64,000 nucleotides of DNA from Candidatus Pacebacteria bacterium GW2011_GWA1_46_10. GTDB taxonomy: Bacteria > Patescibacteriota > Microgenomatia > UBA1400 > PJMF01. Position 1 is the first letter of the stretch. Each line of letters starts with the position of its first letter. Below, in pieces: positions 51,245-60,437 of the stretch. The stretch covers positions 142,108-206,107 of the forward strand of contig LCLP01000001.1 in NCBI GenBank assembly GCA_001002135.1, written 5' to 3'. A program made the translations under genes and the position numbers. A model generated the notes under the pieces. That model was not told the DNA's origin and did not search any database. It saw only the letters and a list, made by a program, of their open reading frames with translations.

Positions 51245-52225
51245 ATGGGAGAAATAGTAAAACGAGCATTGAAAGAAGAAGAGATAAAGGCTTTGCAAAC
51301 TCAATTTTATGGGTTAGACCTTGAAAACTTGGTTTTTGTCCAAGACCCCAATGATGACGTGCATACTTTGGGTAAAATTATTCGAGAGAAAGCCGAAGAC
51401 GAAGTAAAGCCAGCTTCGGCAGAAGAGACAGGGCCGAATTTAGCGGAGGAGGAAGTAGCTGACCATGTTGTCGTTTGCTCTCTGTTGTGGTTAGCAAGAC
51501 AGGATGCGAAAGCAGCAGGGTTTTTGAAAGACTCATATACAGAGGAAGATTATAAATTGCCTGATAATGTTACGGTTTTAGAAGATAACTTAGCGCTTGA
51601 TCATCTCAGCCATCTACGAAATGAAAAAACAAGTTTGAGGAACTTTAGGTTTCACTCTGATGAATTATCTTTACCGTTGTTTAGGAAAGCAGTGGCGGAC
51701 TTAGCGATGTATGAGGATAAAGTGAGCAATCAGTTAGTAAGAGAAGTTGGGGCAGCTACGACTCCGGTTCCCAAGTTAGCAGAACGAGTAGTAGTGGCAC
51801 CAGTATTAAGAGCAGGGTTGGCTCTGCTTGCTCCGGCAATGCAGGCTCTGCCAAAGTCAAAGATAGCGACGTTAGGGATGCGTCGTCTTGAGAATGGCGA
51901 ACCTGAATGGTATTACGAAAATGTGCCAACAATCACCAAAGATTCGGTGGTGGTAATTACTGACCCAATGCTTGCTACCGGAGGAACTTTGATAGAAGCA
52001 ATCAGAAAGATCAATAGTGGTCCAGTAAAACCCAAGGAAATTAGAATCGTGGCTGTGGTGGCCGCTCCCGAAGGTATTACTGCCATTAACCGAGAGTTTG
52101 ATAACATCAAAATCTTTACAGCAGCAGTTGATTCACATCTCAACTCGTCACTGTATATTGTTCCTGGGTTAGGGGATTATGGCGACCGGTATTTTGGGAC
52201 GGAGCCCGCACATTCAATCACTTAG
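51245..52225 (+). CDS. upp: Uracil phosphoribosyltransferase with ~130-aa N-terminal extension
   Basis: C-terminal ~200 aa match UPRTase, including the PRPP loop VVVITDPMLATGGT and YIVPGLGDYGDRYFGT. The N-terminal 130 aa are unassigned. Confidence 0.75.
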   Translation: MGEIVKRALKEEEIKALQTQFYGLDLENLVFVQDPNDDVHTLGKIIREKAEDEVKPASAEETGPNLAEEEVADHVVVCSLLWLARQDAKAAGFLKDSYTEEDYKLPDNVTVLEDNLALDHLSHLRNEKTSLRNFRFHSDELSLPLFRKAVADLAMYEDKVSNQLVREVGAATTPVPKLAERVVVAPVLRAGLALLAPAMQALPKSKIATLGMRRLENGEPEWYYENVPTITKDSVVVITDPMLATGGTLIEAIRKINSGPVKPKEIRIVAVVAAPEGITAINREFDNIKIFTAAVDSHLNSSLYIVPGLGDYGDRYFGTEPAHSIT

Positions 52226-52228
52226 GGC

Positions 52229-52310
52229 GGAGGTGACAGGATTCGAACCTGCGAAGCCGTAAGGCTTACGCTTTCCAAGCGTACGCAATTGACCACTATG
52301 CGACACCTCC
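52229..52310 (-). tRNA. tRNA-Ser (anticodon GGA)
   Basis: Type II tRNA on the minus strand with acceptor GGAGGUG/CACCUCC, anticodon loop UUGGAAA, a long variable arm, T-loop UUCGAAU and discriminator G. Confidence 0.8.
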
Positions 52311-52334
52311 AAGAGTAGCCGTATTATACAAGCT

Positions 52335-52886
52335 TCAAGAGACAAAGCGCCAAAGTTTATTAGTGCCATTGCGAATCCCGATGCGGGGCGTTTTTTGAAA
52401 TCGGCTGATTTTTTTACCGCGGTCTTCCAGCCACAACTCGGTCGAAGTCACTAGATCAAGCCCATTTTGCTGCTTGGTTAGGCCAAAGGCTTGGCAGACT
52501 TTGCCGGGACCGTTAGTTAAAATTTTGAGCGGTTTGCCGCCACGATTTTTCTGCATCATTTTAATGCCCTCAATCGGAATGACTGAGCGAATCAAGACGG
52601 CGCCGGCCGTATCAGCTTGTTCGGTGACGATGTTTAGGCAATAGTGCATGCCGTACGTAAAATAGATATACGCGTGACCGCCCTCAAGAAACATCGGGGT
52701 ATTTCTTAAAGTTCTGCCGCGGAAAGCGTGTGAAGCCGGGTCATCGACGTTGGCGTACGCTTCTACCTCATTGATTTCACCAACAAATAATCCTTGGCGA
52801 GTTTGATGAACGAGATATTTCCCCAATAACTCACGAGTCACAGTCAGAGTTGGTCGAACGAAAAAATGACGGGAGAGTCTTGGCAC
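52335..52886 (-). CDS. DNA-3-methyladenine glycosylase (Mpg/AAG family)
   Basis: Conserved blocks GEINEVEAY, DPASHAFRGRT and GGHAYIYFTYGMHYCLNIV match the Mpg family. Confidence 0.8.
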   Translation of the reverse strand: MPRLSRHFFVRPTLTVTRELLGKYLVHQTRQGLFVGEINEVEAYANVDDPASHAFRGRTLRNTPMFLEGGHAYIYFTYGMHYCLNIVTEQADTAGAVLIRSVIPIEGIKMMQKNRGGKPLKILTNGPGKVCQAFGLTKQQNGLDLVTSTELWLEDRGKKISRFQKTPRIGIRNGTNKLWRFVS

Positions 52887-52919
52887 GACTCTTGTTATAA
52901 GAGAGTTTGTTGGTAAAAG

Positions 52920-53168
52920 CTAGCGGCTCAACGTGCGGCCGACCCAGATGAGCGCGATGGCGCCGATCATCGCGACCACGATGCTATAGAGATTGAGGCC
53001 GGTGACACCCGGTTGGCCAAAAAAGCCCATGATCCAGCCACCCACCACCGCGCCGATGATCCCAAGCAAGACGTCTTTCCCCATGCCTTGGGATTTATTG
53101 GCGCCCATGATCATCGAGGCCAGCCAGCCTGCCAGCAAACCAAGTACAATCCAAGCGATTAAACCCAT
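52920..53168 (-). CDS. GlsB/YeaQ/YmgE family stress-response membrane protein
   Basis: 82 aa with two TM helices and the repeated GxxxG pattern typical of the family. Confidence 0.75.
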   Translation of the reverse strand: MGLIAWIVLGLLAGWLASMIMGANKSQGMGKDVLLGIIGAVVGGWIMGFFGQPGVTGLNLYSIVVAMIGAIALIWVGRTLSR

Positions 53169-53270
53169 ACAGGTTCCTTTCTTGGTCGGGATTACTACTA
53201 ATCACAGAGTAGTAGAAAGGGGCAGCTGGGTCAAGTTTTTACGGAAAGTAGCTGGTACAATCTAGGAATT

Positions 53271-55661
53271 ATGGCGGCAGCTTGGCAACAATTAGTCAAA
53301 GATGACAAAGAGGGTGATGTCGACCTTGGTCAATTTTCTGTAGCCAAGATTTTGGCCAACAATCGTAAAAACTTTCCGGACAAAGAGGCGTTGGTTTTTG
53401 CCGATCTCAAACAGGGTGTTCAGGAAATTTTGACCTATGTTGAGTTTGTCGACCAAGTGTATACATTAGCCCAATTTTTCAAAACAGAGCACAAACTCAA
53501 AAAAGGTGACGCCGTAGCACTGCATTTGGAGAACTCACCGGAAATTTTACTGTTTCATTTAGCGTGTTGGTTGATTGGTTGTATCACAGTACCGTTGGAT
53601 TTGAAGCGTGATGACAGCGATCGAAAAGCGTACAAAATGCAGTCAACTCACTGTAAAGCAGTGGTGGTGGATGAGGGGTTGTCGGAGAGTGAGAAAACCT
53701 GGTTCGGGATTGTTTCGCCTGGTATTCGAGTAATCCCCATGTCGGCCCAAATCCGCCAAAAGATAGCAAACAGAGAAAAACTGGAGAATCAAGCTATAGA
53801 GGAGCATCCGAGTAATATTTGCCTGATTTTATTTACCTCCGGTACCACCAATTTACCAAAGGGTGTGCAACTCTCAATTGCCAATCTTTTGCTCAATGCG
53901 GATGGTATTCGGGACTGGTTAAAAATCACTGAAACCGACCGTTTTCACATCTGTTTGCCGCTCCATCACATTAACTCTACCACGATGTCGTTGGCGACTT
54001 TGCTTGCTGGCGGGACGATTGTTTTATCGCCTCGTTATTCCAAATCTAATTTTTGGCGGGTGATGGCAGAGTATCACTGTACGCTCTCATCGATCGTGCC
54101 GACGATTGCTTTTGACATGTTGAGTGAACGCGATGCGTTTAAGCAGTACCGAGAAAATCTGAAGCAAGTGACACGTATTCAAATTGGTTCCGCGCCAGTG
54201 GTGCCGACGGATGTCGTAAAATTTTACGATTTGTTTGGTATTCGCTTAGTGCAAGGGTATGGCTCCACGGAAACAGCACTACGGGTGACGGGGGTTGGTT
54301 GGGCCGACTTGGATGACCAGCAGTACAGGGAATTAATCGCCTCCAACACGATCGGCCACGAGCTCAAATGGAACAACACGGCGGTGATTAAAGCTGATGG
54401 CCAGTTGGCTAGTGAAGGTGAGGAGGGGGAGCTTTGCTTGCGCGGGCCAGTTTTAACACAGGGTTACTTGGACAATGACCAAGCTAATAAAGAGTCTTTT
54501 GTCGACGGTTGGTTTCACTCAGGTGATATCGGTATTTGGAAAAAAATGTTTGGTCAGAAAGTATTTTTCATTAAAGGGCGGATCAAAGAAATCATTATTA
54601 AAGGTGGAGTGAATATCTCGCCGCTGATGATCGAACACGCCATTTTGACTCATTACCCGCAAATTGTCAGCTGTTACGTGACTGGTGCGCCCGACGAGCG
54701 TTATGGCGAAGAGATCGTGGGGGTGATTGTTTTTGATGATTCGGTTGACCAAGAAGAACAACGACGAGTAACTAAGCAACTGCAAGCAGACGCCAAAGCG
54801 GGTGCGATTAAAGGAGTAGCAGCCTATGAGTCACCCAAGTTTTTCTTGACCGTGCCGTTAACGAGCCTGCCGATGACTTCCACCGGTAAGGTTCAGCGAG
54901 TGAAGATTAGAGAATACCTCCAGGATATTTCTACGCCGATTGCGCAGACGTCAACTCATTATTTCCGCCGCCTCACGCCGTTTGATACCAATCATCTTGC
55001 TCGGTTGGTCGAGATCCACAACACTAGATGGGGAGAGGAGCTTGGAATCGATATTAAAACAGCTACTCAAGCGGTAGCAAACGGAATTGTGATTGGGGCG
55101 ATTGAAAAGAAAACGGATCAATTAGTTGGTTCAGCGTTTGGTGAAATTGTGCACGCGAAGGATATTGAAAACAAAGCCGCTTGGTTGAATACCTACGATC
55201 AAGCCACTGGTAATCTTACTCTTAAACCCAGCACCACCGACGGTGACGCGGTGATGTTTGTCACCATCTCGACCGACGGCAAGCCTTTTACACCCAGTAT
55301 GAAGTCAACCGATTCTCAGTACCAGAAATTGTTGGCAGAAGCTCCTCAGTATATTGATGCTTACTTGGCCGCCAAAACCGATCCCGTGCTCAATTTCCAC
55401 ATGGCGCCCAAAGCTGGCATGGAGGAGGGCGCCTCGATTTTATACCCCATCGCCAACGCTCGACCCAAAGACGTCGAAGCGCTTGGATATTGCGTAATGA
55501 TGAAATACCCAACGTTACCAGAAAGTGTATCAGTTCAGGAAAAATCTTCGTTGGGTACCCAAATTCTCGAAGCAGGATTTATGTATGCCGTAAAGAATGG
55601 AGTTACTCAAGTTTACGCCTATTCCAGGCCGAGTGGGTTTTTGAAAATAGTGAGTAAATAA
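53271..55661 (+). CDS. Adenylate-forming (ANL/AMP-binding) enzyme fused to a ~250-aa C-terminal domain of unknown function, possibly acyltransferase-like
   Basis: AMP-binding core motif LFTSGTTNLPKG, the YGSTE motif and catalytic Lys (TGKVQRVKI) are present. The C-terminal domain contains a GNAT-like Q-x-x-G-x-A segment (QLVGSAFG). Confidence 0.7.
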   Translation: MAAAWQQLVKDDKEGDVDLGQFSVAKILANNRKNFPDKEALVFADLKQGVQEILTYVEFVDQVYTLAQFFKTEHKLKKGDAVALHLENSPEILLFHLACWLIGCITVPLDLKRDDSDRKAYKMQSTHCKAVVVDEGLSESEKTWFGIVSPGIRVIPMSAQIRQKIANREKLENQAIEEHPSNICLILFTSGTTNLPKGVQLSIANLLLNADGIRDWLKITETDRFHICLPLHHINSTTMSLATLLAGGTIVLSPRYSKSNFWRVMAEYHCTLSSIVPTIAFDMLSERDAFKQYRENLKQVTRIQIGSAPVVPTDVVKFYDLFGIRLVQGYGSTETALRVTGVGWADLDDQQYRELIASNTIGHELKWNNTAVIKADGQLASEGEEGELCLRGPVLTQGYLDNDQANKESFVDGWFHSGDIGIWKKMFGQKVFFIKGRIKEIIIKGGVNISPLMIEHAILTHYPQIVSCYVTGAPDERYGEEIVGVIVFDDSVDQEEQRRVTKQLQADAKAGAIKGVAAYESPKFFLTVPLTSLPMTSTGKVQRVKIREYLQDISTPIAQTSTHYFRRLTPFDTNHLARLVEIHNTRWGEELGIDIKTATQAVANGIVIGAIEKKTDQLVGSAFGEIVHAKDIENKAAWLNTYDQATGNLTLKPSTTDGDAVMFVTISTDGKPFTPSMKSTDSQYQKLLAEAPQYIDAYLAAKTDPVLNFHMAPKAGMEEGASILYPIANARPKDVEALGYCVMMKYPTLPESVSVQEKSSLGTQILEAGFMYAVKNGVTQVYAYSRPSGFLKIVSK

Positions 55662-55670
55662 AACAGTAAA

Positions 55671-56423
55671 ATGCCAAACGATCAAGAACGAAAAATTGGT
55701 TTAGCACGAGCTGCCTTAGAAGCAGAGCAAACAGTTTGGCCTTTAGAAGCTTTTGGTCAGTTGCTGAAAAATGCTGATTTTATGCACCTTAATACTTTTC
55801 CGCAACTAGTATCTTTTCCCAAAAACAGTCATTTTCGAAGATTGTTGGATCGCTTACTTGGGTCACCTTTGGAAGTGAAAGCTTATAGAGAGCACTTGGC
55901 AGTGATGGCGAGCAATGATTTAGGTGAGCTACTTCTTTCTAAAGCGTATGAGAAAGGTACTCCATTATGGGTGAAAATACGTCGAGGTTCAGCAGTACAT
56001 GACGCATATCGACAAATACTACCTCTTCCTCTTGGGTGGAGGCGGTTGGGGGCAGTCCATACTCATCCGAGAGTGCCACTTATTGGTGGACTCGATTATT
56101 TATTAAATGAAGTGATGAACCCTTTTCGGTTTAGTGTAGCTGATGTGTCTGTTTTTTTGCACCAAATTTCTTCAAATATCCCTGTTGAAGGAGTTGTTAC
56201 TCCAGCAGGGTATGGATTTATGGTTGCTTCGGTTAGCACCAAGGAAAGGATTAAACAATATGGCACTCTTGATACGCCGCTTTCGGAGAATGCTAATTTA
56301 ATTGGGTATCTTAAATCAATTCCTGTAGAGCAAGCTTTCAATGCCCAAGAAGTTCTTCCTCAGTATGATATTGCTTATTACAGTTGCTTTCGAAGAAAAG
56401 AAATTTTGGAGAGAGTTATATAA
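55671..56423 (+). CDS. Hypothetical protein (250 aa) with HxH...D motif
   Basis: Lower-GC ORF directly after the ANL enzyme (9-nt gap). AVHTHPRVPLIGGLD loosely resembles a JAMM-type metal-binding motif but is not canonical. Confidence 0.45.
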   Translation: MPNDQERKIGLARAALEAEQTVWPLEAFGQLLKNADFMHLNTFPQLVSFPKNSHFRRLLDRLLGSPLEVKAYREHLAVMASNDLGELLLSKAYEKGTPLWVKIRRGSAVHDAYRQILPLPLGWRRLGAVHTHPRVPLIGGLDYLLNEVMNPFRFSVADVSVFLHQISSNIPVEGVVTPAGYGFMVASVSTKERIKQYGTLDTPLSENANLIGYLKSIPVEQAFNAQEVLPQYDIAYYSCFRRKEILERVI

Positions 56424-56486
56424 ATGACTAATCTACTTTTCAACTTGGCGTATCTCTTTTCAAATCAGTAGGTAGCGATCAGCTCG

Positions 56487-57080
56487 TTATACAGCACGAT
56501 CGCGACGCCTTTTGGCGTTGATCTCATCGGTTTTTATTCTGATTGCCTCAAGAACTTCATCTCTATTCTGGGAGGAAATCTTTCCATTAGTGAAGAGTTT
56601 CTCGATTACATCGGAGTGCAAGAGATCACGAGTTTCCGTAGCGTTGTGAATTTTATTGAGAATATGTGCATAAAGTGAGTGTTGATCTTCCCGACTGACG
56701 GTGGGAGGCCGGCGTCTTTCCGCCCTATTTCTGGCAGGACTTGGTTCTACTGGCCGGCCGTTGCCTGCCCGAATTTCTCTATCGAGCGCAGCTCTTTTTT
56801 CCGGTTTGCTTAGTACATCATAAGCAACATTAATAGTTTTCATCATTTCCAGCTTTGCCTGATCTGAATCAGAAGAGCCGCTGTTATCGGGGTGATAGCG
56901 TTTTGATAGCTGCCGCCACCGTTCTCTGATTTCTTCATCTGTAGCATTATGAGAAACACCCAGCACCTGATATGCATCAGGGACTTCAGCGTGTGCTGTT
57001 TCCTCAATATCAATTTCTCTGCCGTCTTCACCAAGTTTTTTTCTGGTTATTTTATAGCTAATGTGGTATGTTTCACTCAT
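56487..57080 (-). CDS. DnaJ (J-domain) protein with N-terminal TM segment
   Basis: J-domain with HPD (YHPDNSG). Start moved to the ATG at 57080, because the longer ORF-track start would overlap the tRNA-Ser gene at 57127-57214. Confidence 0.7.
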   Translation of the reverse strand: MSETYHISYKITRKKLGEDGREIDIEETAHAEVPDAYQVLGVSHNATDEEIRERWRQLSKRYHPDNSGSSDSDQAKLEMMKTINVAYDVLSKPEKRAALDREIRAGNGRPVEPSPARNRAERRRPPTVSREDQHSLYAHILNKIHNATETRDLLHSDVIEKLFTNGKISSQNRDEVLEAIRIKTDEINAKRRRDRAV

Positions 57081-57126
57081 AAAAATAGTATATACCAAGA
57101 AAACAAGGGAAAAATAGGTTAAAACT

Positions 57127-57214
57127 TGGCGGAAGCGGTGAGATTCGAACTCACGAACCGGAAAACCGGTCAGGGTTAGCAACCCTGTGCAATTGGCCAC
57201 TATGCGACGCTTCC
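57127..57214 (-). tRNA. tRNA-Ser (anticodon GCU)
   Basis: Minus-strand sequence GGAAGCGUCGCAUAGUGGCCAAUUGCACAGGGUUGCUAACCCUG...GUGAGUUCGAAUCUCACCGCUUCCGCCA. Anticodon loop UUGCUAA, a long variable arm, and an encoded CCA. Confidence 0.8.
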
Positions 57215-57330
57215 AGACACACCAAATTATACCAGCTAAAACCAGGCCTGGCAGGTGAACTGTCACTTGTCAAATGAGGCAGTTTTATGTAGTCTGAAAC
57301 TATTCAATAAGCGTAAAAAAGGAGGCTTCC

Positions 57331-57855
57331 ATGAACGAAAACATGCCAACCGATGACACTCAACCCAGTGTGGGGAGTACCGACAAAAAATCCAACTTGT
57401 TGGCCATTTTAGGGATAGTAGCGGTAGTGGCAATCGTCGCTTTTGTGATGATCCAAGCCAGCTCCAATAACACCGCGCCAACTGAGGAAATTGTCAGTCC
57501 AACGCCAGCGTCCACTGAGGTAATGGAGGAGGAAACACCCACTCCCACCGAGGAAGAAGTGATGGAGCCGGTGGAAGAAGTGGTGGAAATTGACGTGGAG
57601 GCGGGCAACTTTTCCTTCTCGCCCAATGAGATTACGGTCAAGTTGGGTCAAACCGTCAGGATTAATCTGACCGCTGCTGATCTGCAACACAACTTCAGCT
57701 TGGATGAGTTTGATGTTTCGTCAGAAATAGTGGCAGAAGGTGAGTCGACTACGGTCGAGTTTTTGGCTGATCAAACCGGCGAGTTTGAGTTTTACTGCAA
57801 TGTGGGCAGTCACCGAGCACAAGGGCAAGTGGGTACCTTGATTATCGAGGAATAA
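57331..57855 (+). CDS. Cupredoxin-like (blue copper) domain protein with N-terminal TM and acidic linker
   Basis: C-terminal motif FEFYCNVGSHRAQGQVGTLII matches the cupredoxin Cys-His ligand loop, with Gln in the axial position. Confidence 0.6.
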   Translation: MNENMPTDDTQPSVGSTDKKSNLLAILGIVAVVAIVAFVMIQASSNNTAPTEEIVSPTPASTEVMEEETPTPTEEEVMEPVEEVVEIDVEAGNFSFSPNEITVKLGQTVRINLTAADLQHNFSLDEFDVSSEIVAEGESTTVEFLADQTGEFEFYCNVGSHRAQGQVGTLIIEE

Positions 57856-57874
57856 TCGCGTTTAATAGAAACCT

Positions 57875-58288
57875 ATGTGGGTGTGGTTTAAAAAAAACCT
57901 CTTGTATTTGGCTTGGTTTCAGGCTTTGATTGCGACCGCTGGCAGTTTATTTTTCAGTGAAGTGATGGGCTGGACCCCGTGTGTGCTGTGTTGGTACCAG
58001 CGGATCTTGATGTACCCACTAGTCTTGATTTTGGGAGTGGGGATTTTGCTCAAAGACAAACGCATTTCATGGTACGTACTGCCGTTGAGCAGCCTTGGCT
58101 TCTTGATAGCCGCTTATCACAATCTCTTGTATTACGGTGTCATTCAGGAAGTGTGTCGTGAGGGAGTGTCATGTACTACCCGCTTTTTTGCTTGGTTTGG
58201 TTTTATCACCATTCCGCTGTTATCACTGACAGCCTTTGCGATCATCACTACCCTGATGCTGATTCATAAAAAGGAACACAAAGTATGA
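57875..58288 (+). CDS. Disulfide bond formation protein B (DsbB/BdbC family)
   Basis: Four TM helices and the conserved CVLCWYQR motif. Confidence 0.8.
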   Translation: MWVWFKKNLLYLAWFQALIATAGSLFFSEVMGWTPCVLCWYQRILMYPLVLILGVGILLKDKRISWYVLPLSSLGFLIAAYHNLLYYGVIQEVCREGVSCTTRFFAWFGFITIPLLSLTAFAIITTLMLIHKKEHKV

Positions 58289-58923
58289 CCGGAGAAGCCA
58301 AAGTTTTAATCGGGGTAGGAGTTGTTACCTTGGCGCTGTTTGTCGGCGGCATCTTGATGCTGACCAAAAACAATGCTAGTCCCACGCCGCAGACCGTTGA
58401 CTCAGCTGTCTTAATGAGAGAAGGGAGTTTTCGGGTTGGACCAGCCGAGGCACCAATCACTTTAGTGGAGTTTAGTGATTATCAATGTCCGTATTGTGCA
58501 CAAGCCCAAGCGGTAGTTGATTCACTGATCGCCAAGTATCCAGATCAGTTGTTGTTTACTTATCGCCACTTCCCCTTGTCGCAGCATCGTCACGCCGTGC
58601 CCGCGGCGGAAGCCGCCGAGGCAGCCGGCGAACAAGACAAGTTCTGGGAGATGAGTAACTTGATCTTTGAGCGCCAGGATGAGTGGGCAGAAGCAAGTGA
58701 CCCACTACCGATTTTCCAGCAGTATGCGGAGGAGTTGGAGCTGGATCTGGAGCAGTTTAATCAAGCCATGAGTGAGCACACCTATCAAGCTAAAATCCTG
58801 CAGGGTGTGGCGGATGGGAATACGCTGGGGGTAAACTCCACGCCGTTTTTCTTTTTAAATGGTCAAAAGTTTACCGGAGGTTACAATGCCCTTCCAGCCG
58901 CGATCGAGCAAGCTCTCCAATAA
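58285..58923 (+). CDS. DsbA-family thiol:disulfide oxidoreductase
   Basis: Thioredoxin fold with active site CPYC, after an N-terminal TM anchor. Confidence 0.85.
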   Translation: MTGEAKVLIGVGVVTLALFVGGILMLTKNNASPTPQTVDSAVLMREGSFRVGPAEAPITLVEFSDYQCPYCAQAQAVVDSLIAKYPDQLLFTYRHFPLSQHRHAVPAAEAAEAAGEQDKFWEMSNLIFERQDEWAEASDPLPIFQQYAEELELDLEQFNQAMSEHTYQAKILQGVADGNTLGVNSTPFFFLNGQKFTGGYNALPAAIEQALQ

Positions 58924-59497
58924 AAAATACCTGATTTTTGATTTTGATGAGACGATCAGCACGCTCCTGATAGACTGGAATGATGGGTATAGAGAAGGAA
59001 TAGTATCAGCGATCCAAAAATATGATCCAAGTTTTACTCTTTCTCCTCACCAGTTAAATAGAAAATGGGTCAACTTCGAATTAGAAAATCGTTTCATTGA
59101 GCACTTTGGGCAATCACTTCGCAAAGATTTAATAGAGTTTCACCGAGTGTTTGAGAAAACCCATTACACTGGTTGTGAACCAAACTCAGCTGTCATCGAG
59201 TTTATTCGCAGTAGTCGAGGTTTCTCGATTTTTCTTTGGAGTAATAATCACTCTGAAACGATCAAGCGAGCACTAGCGGATTTGAACTTAACCGAGAAAA
59301 TAGATCGGTGGGTGACGTGTGAGCAAGTCTTGTTCTCCAAGCCTCACCCCGAAGGGTTCTCGTTATTACAGATCCCTAACACTGCCTTGAAAGAGTATTT
59401 GTTTATCGGTGACAGTAGTAATGACGAAAAAGCTGCTGCGAAAATTGGCCTTGACTATCTTCACGTTGATGATTTTGTGCGCTTGATTAAAAAGTAG
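58886..59497 (+). CDS. HAD-superfamily hydrolase
   Basis: Motif I FDFDET and motif IV GDSSNDEKAA are present. Start uncertain; the ATG at 58886 overlaps the dsbA 3' end. Confidence 0.6.
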   Translation: MPFQPRSSKLSNKKYLIFDFDETISTLLIDWNDGYREGIVSAIQKYDPSFTLSPHQLNRKWVNFELENRFIEHFGQSLRKDLIEFHRVFEKTHYTGCEPNSAVIEFIRSSRGFSIFLWSNNHSETIKRALADLNLTEKIDRWVTCEQVLFSKPHPEGFSLLQIPNTALKEYLFIGDSSNDEKAAAKIGLDYLHVDDFVRLIKK

Positions 59498-60411
59498 GCT
59501 CCAGTTAAGCTGCCCAACATTACCGCCAAGTCGCTGGTAACTTGCAAGACCGGTAGCCACAGCCAACCATGGGGAACATAACGCTTGTTTTTCATGACAG
59601 CCCACAGCAGGTAGAGAGAGATCAGCAGCGGGAAAAAGCTGCCGGTTTGTCTGAGTTCGCCAATGATGATCATCCAAGTAAGTAAGCCAAGGAAAATCAG
59701 GTAGCGGGTAAAAATCAGCACCACTTTTGGTCGGACAATTTTGGCCTGGATGTCGCCAAAAGCGAAACGGTGAATCATCTGCCAAAAGTCTCTTAAGTTT
59801 TGCCGCGGCAGCCAGCCGACCAGAGCGTCAGCGGCAAAAGCCATTGGCACTTTGGCTTGTTTCAGTTTGTTGGCAAAGGCAAAGTCTTCGTTGTGATTGA
59901 GAGTTTTGTCAAAGCCACCTAGTTTTCTAAACATTGACTTGCGAATCAGCATCGACCGGCTGGCCGCCAGAAAGTTTTTTTGGTTGACTCGATGCGGCAT
60001 CACCAGCACATACGGCACAACTGCTTCTTCAAATCTGGTTTGCGGCAGGCCTTGGTAGTAGCCCGCGACCACGTCGGCGCTGGTTTCTCGCTGGGTACGC
60101 AGCAGCACTTGTAGCCAGTCTTGGTATGGTAAACAGCCGGCGTCGGTAAAGGCGATCCACTCATGGCGGGCTTTGCTCACTGCGAAATTCCGACCGATAC
60201 TGCGATTGCCTTTTTTGGGAAAAAGCCGAATGATTTGTCCGAGCTCGTGATTTTGCTGCCATCTTTTGATTTTTTTGACCGTCTTATCAGTGGAACCGCC
60301 GTCAACAATGATGATTTCATCGGGCAGCACAAACTGTTCGCTGATCGCTGTTAAGAGCCAGTCGATGGTTGATTCTTCGTTGAGAGTCGTTACACTGAGA
60401 GAAGTTTTCAT
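59461..60411 (-). CDS. Family 2 glycosyltransferase with C-terminal TM helices
   Basis: GT-A N-terminal region with VDGGSTD (DxD-type motif). Confidence 0.75.
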   Translation of the reverse strand: MKTSLSVTTLNEESTIDWLLTAISEQFVLPDEIIIVDGGSTDKTVKKIKRWQQNHELGQIIRLFPKKGNRSIGRNFAVSKARHEWIAFTDAGCLPYQDWLQVLLRTQRETSADVVAGYYQGLPQTRFEEAVVPYVLVMPHRVNQKNFLAASRSMLIRKSMFRKLGGFDKTLNHNEDFAFANKLKQAKVPMAFAADALVGWLPRQNLRDFWQMIHRFAFGDIQAKIVRPKVVLIFTRYLIFLGLLTWMIIIGELRQTGSFFPLLISLYLLWAVMKNKRYVPHGWLWLPVLQVTSDLAVMLGSLTGAYFLIKRTKSST

Positions 60412-60437
60412 TGCTCACATTATAAACGTCACTTGGT

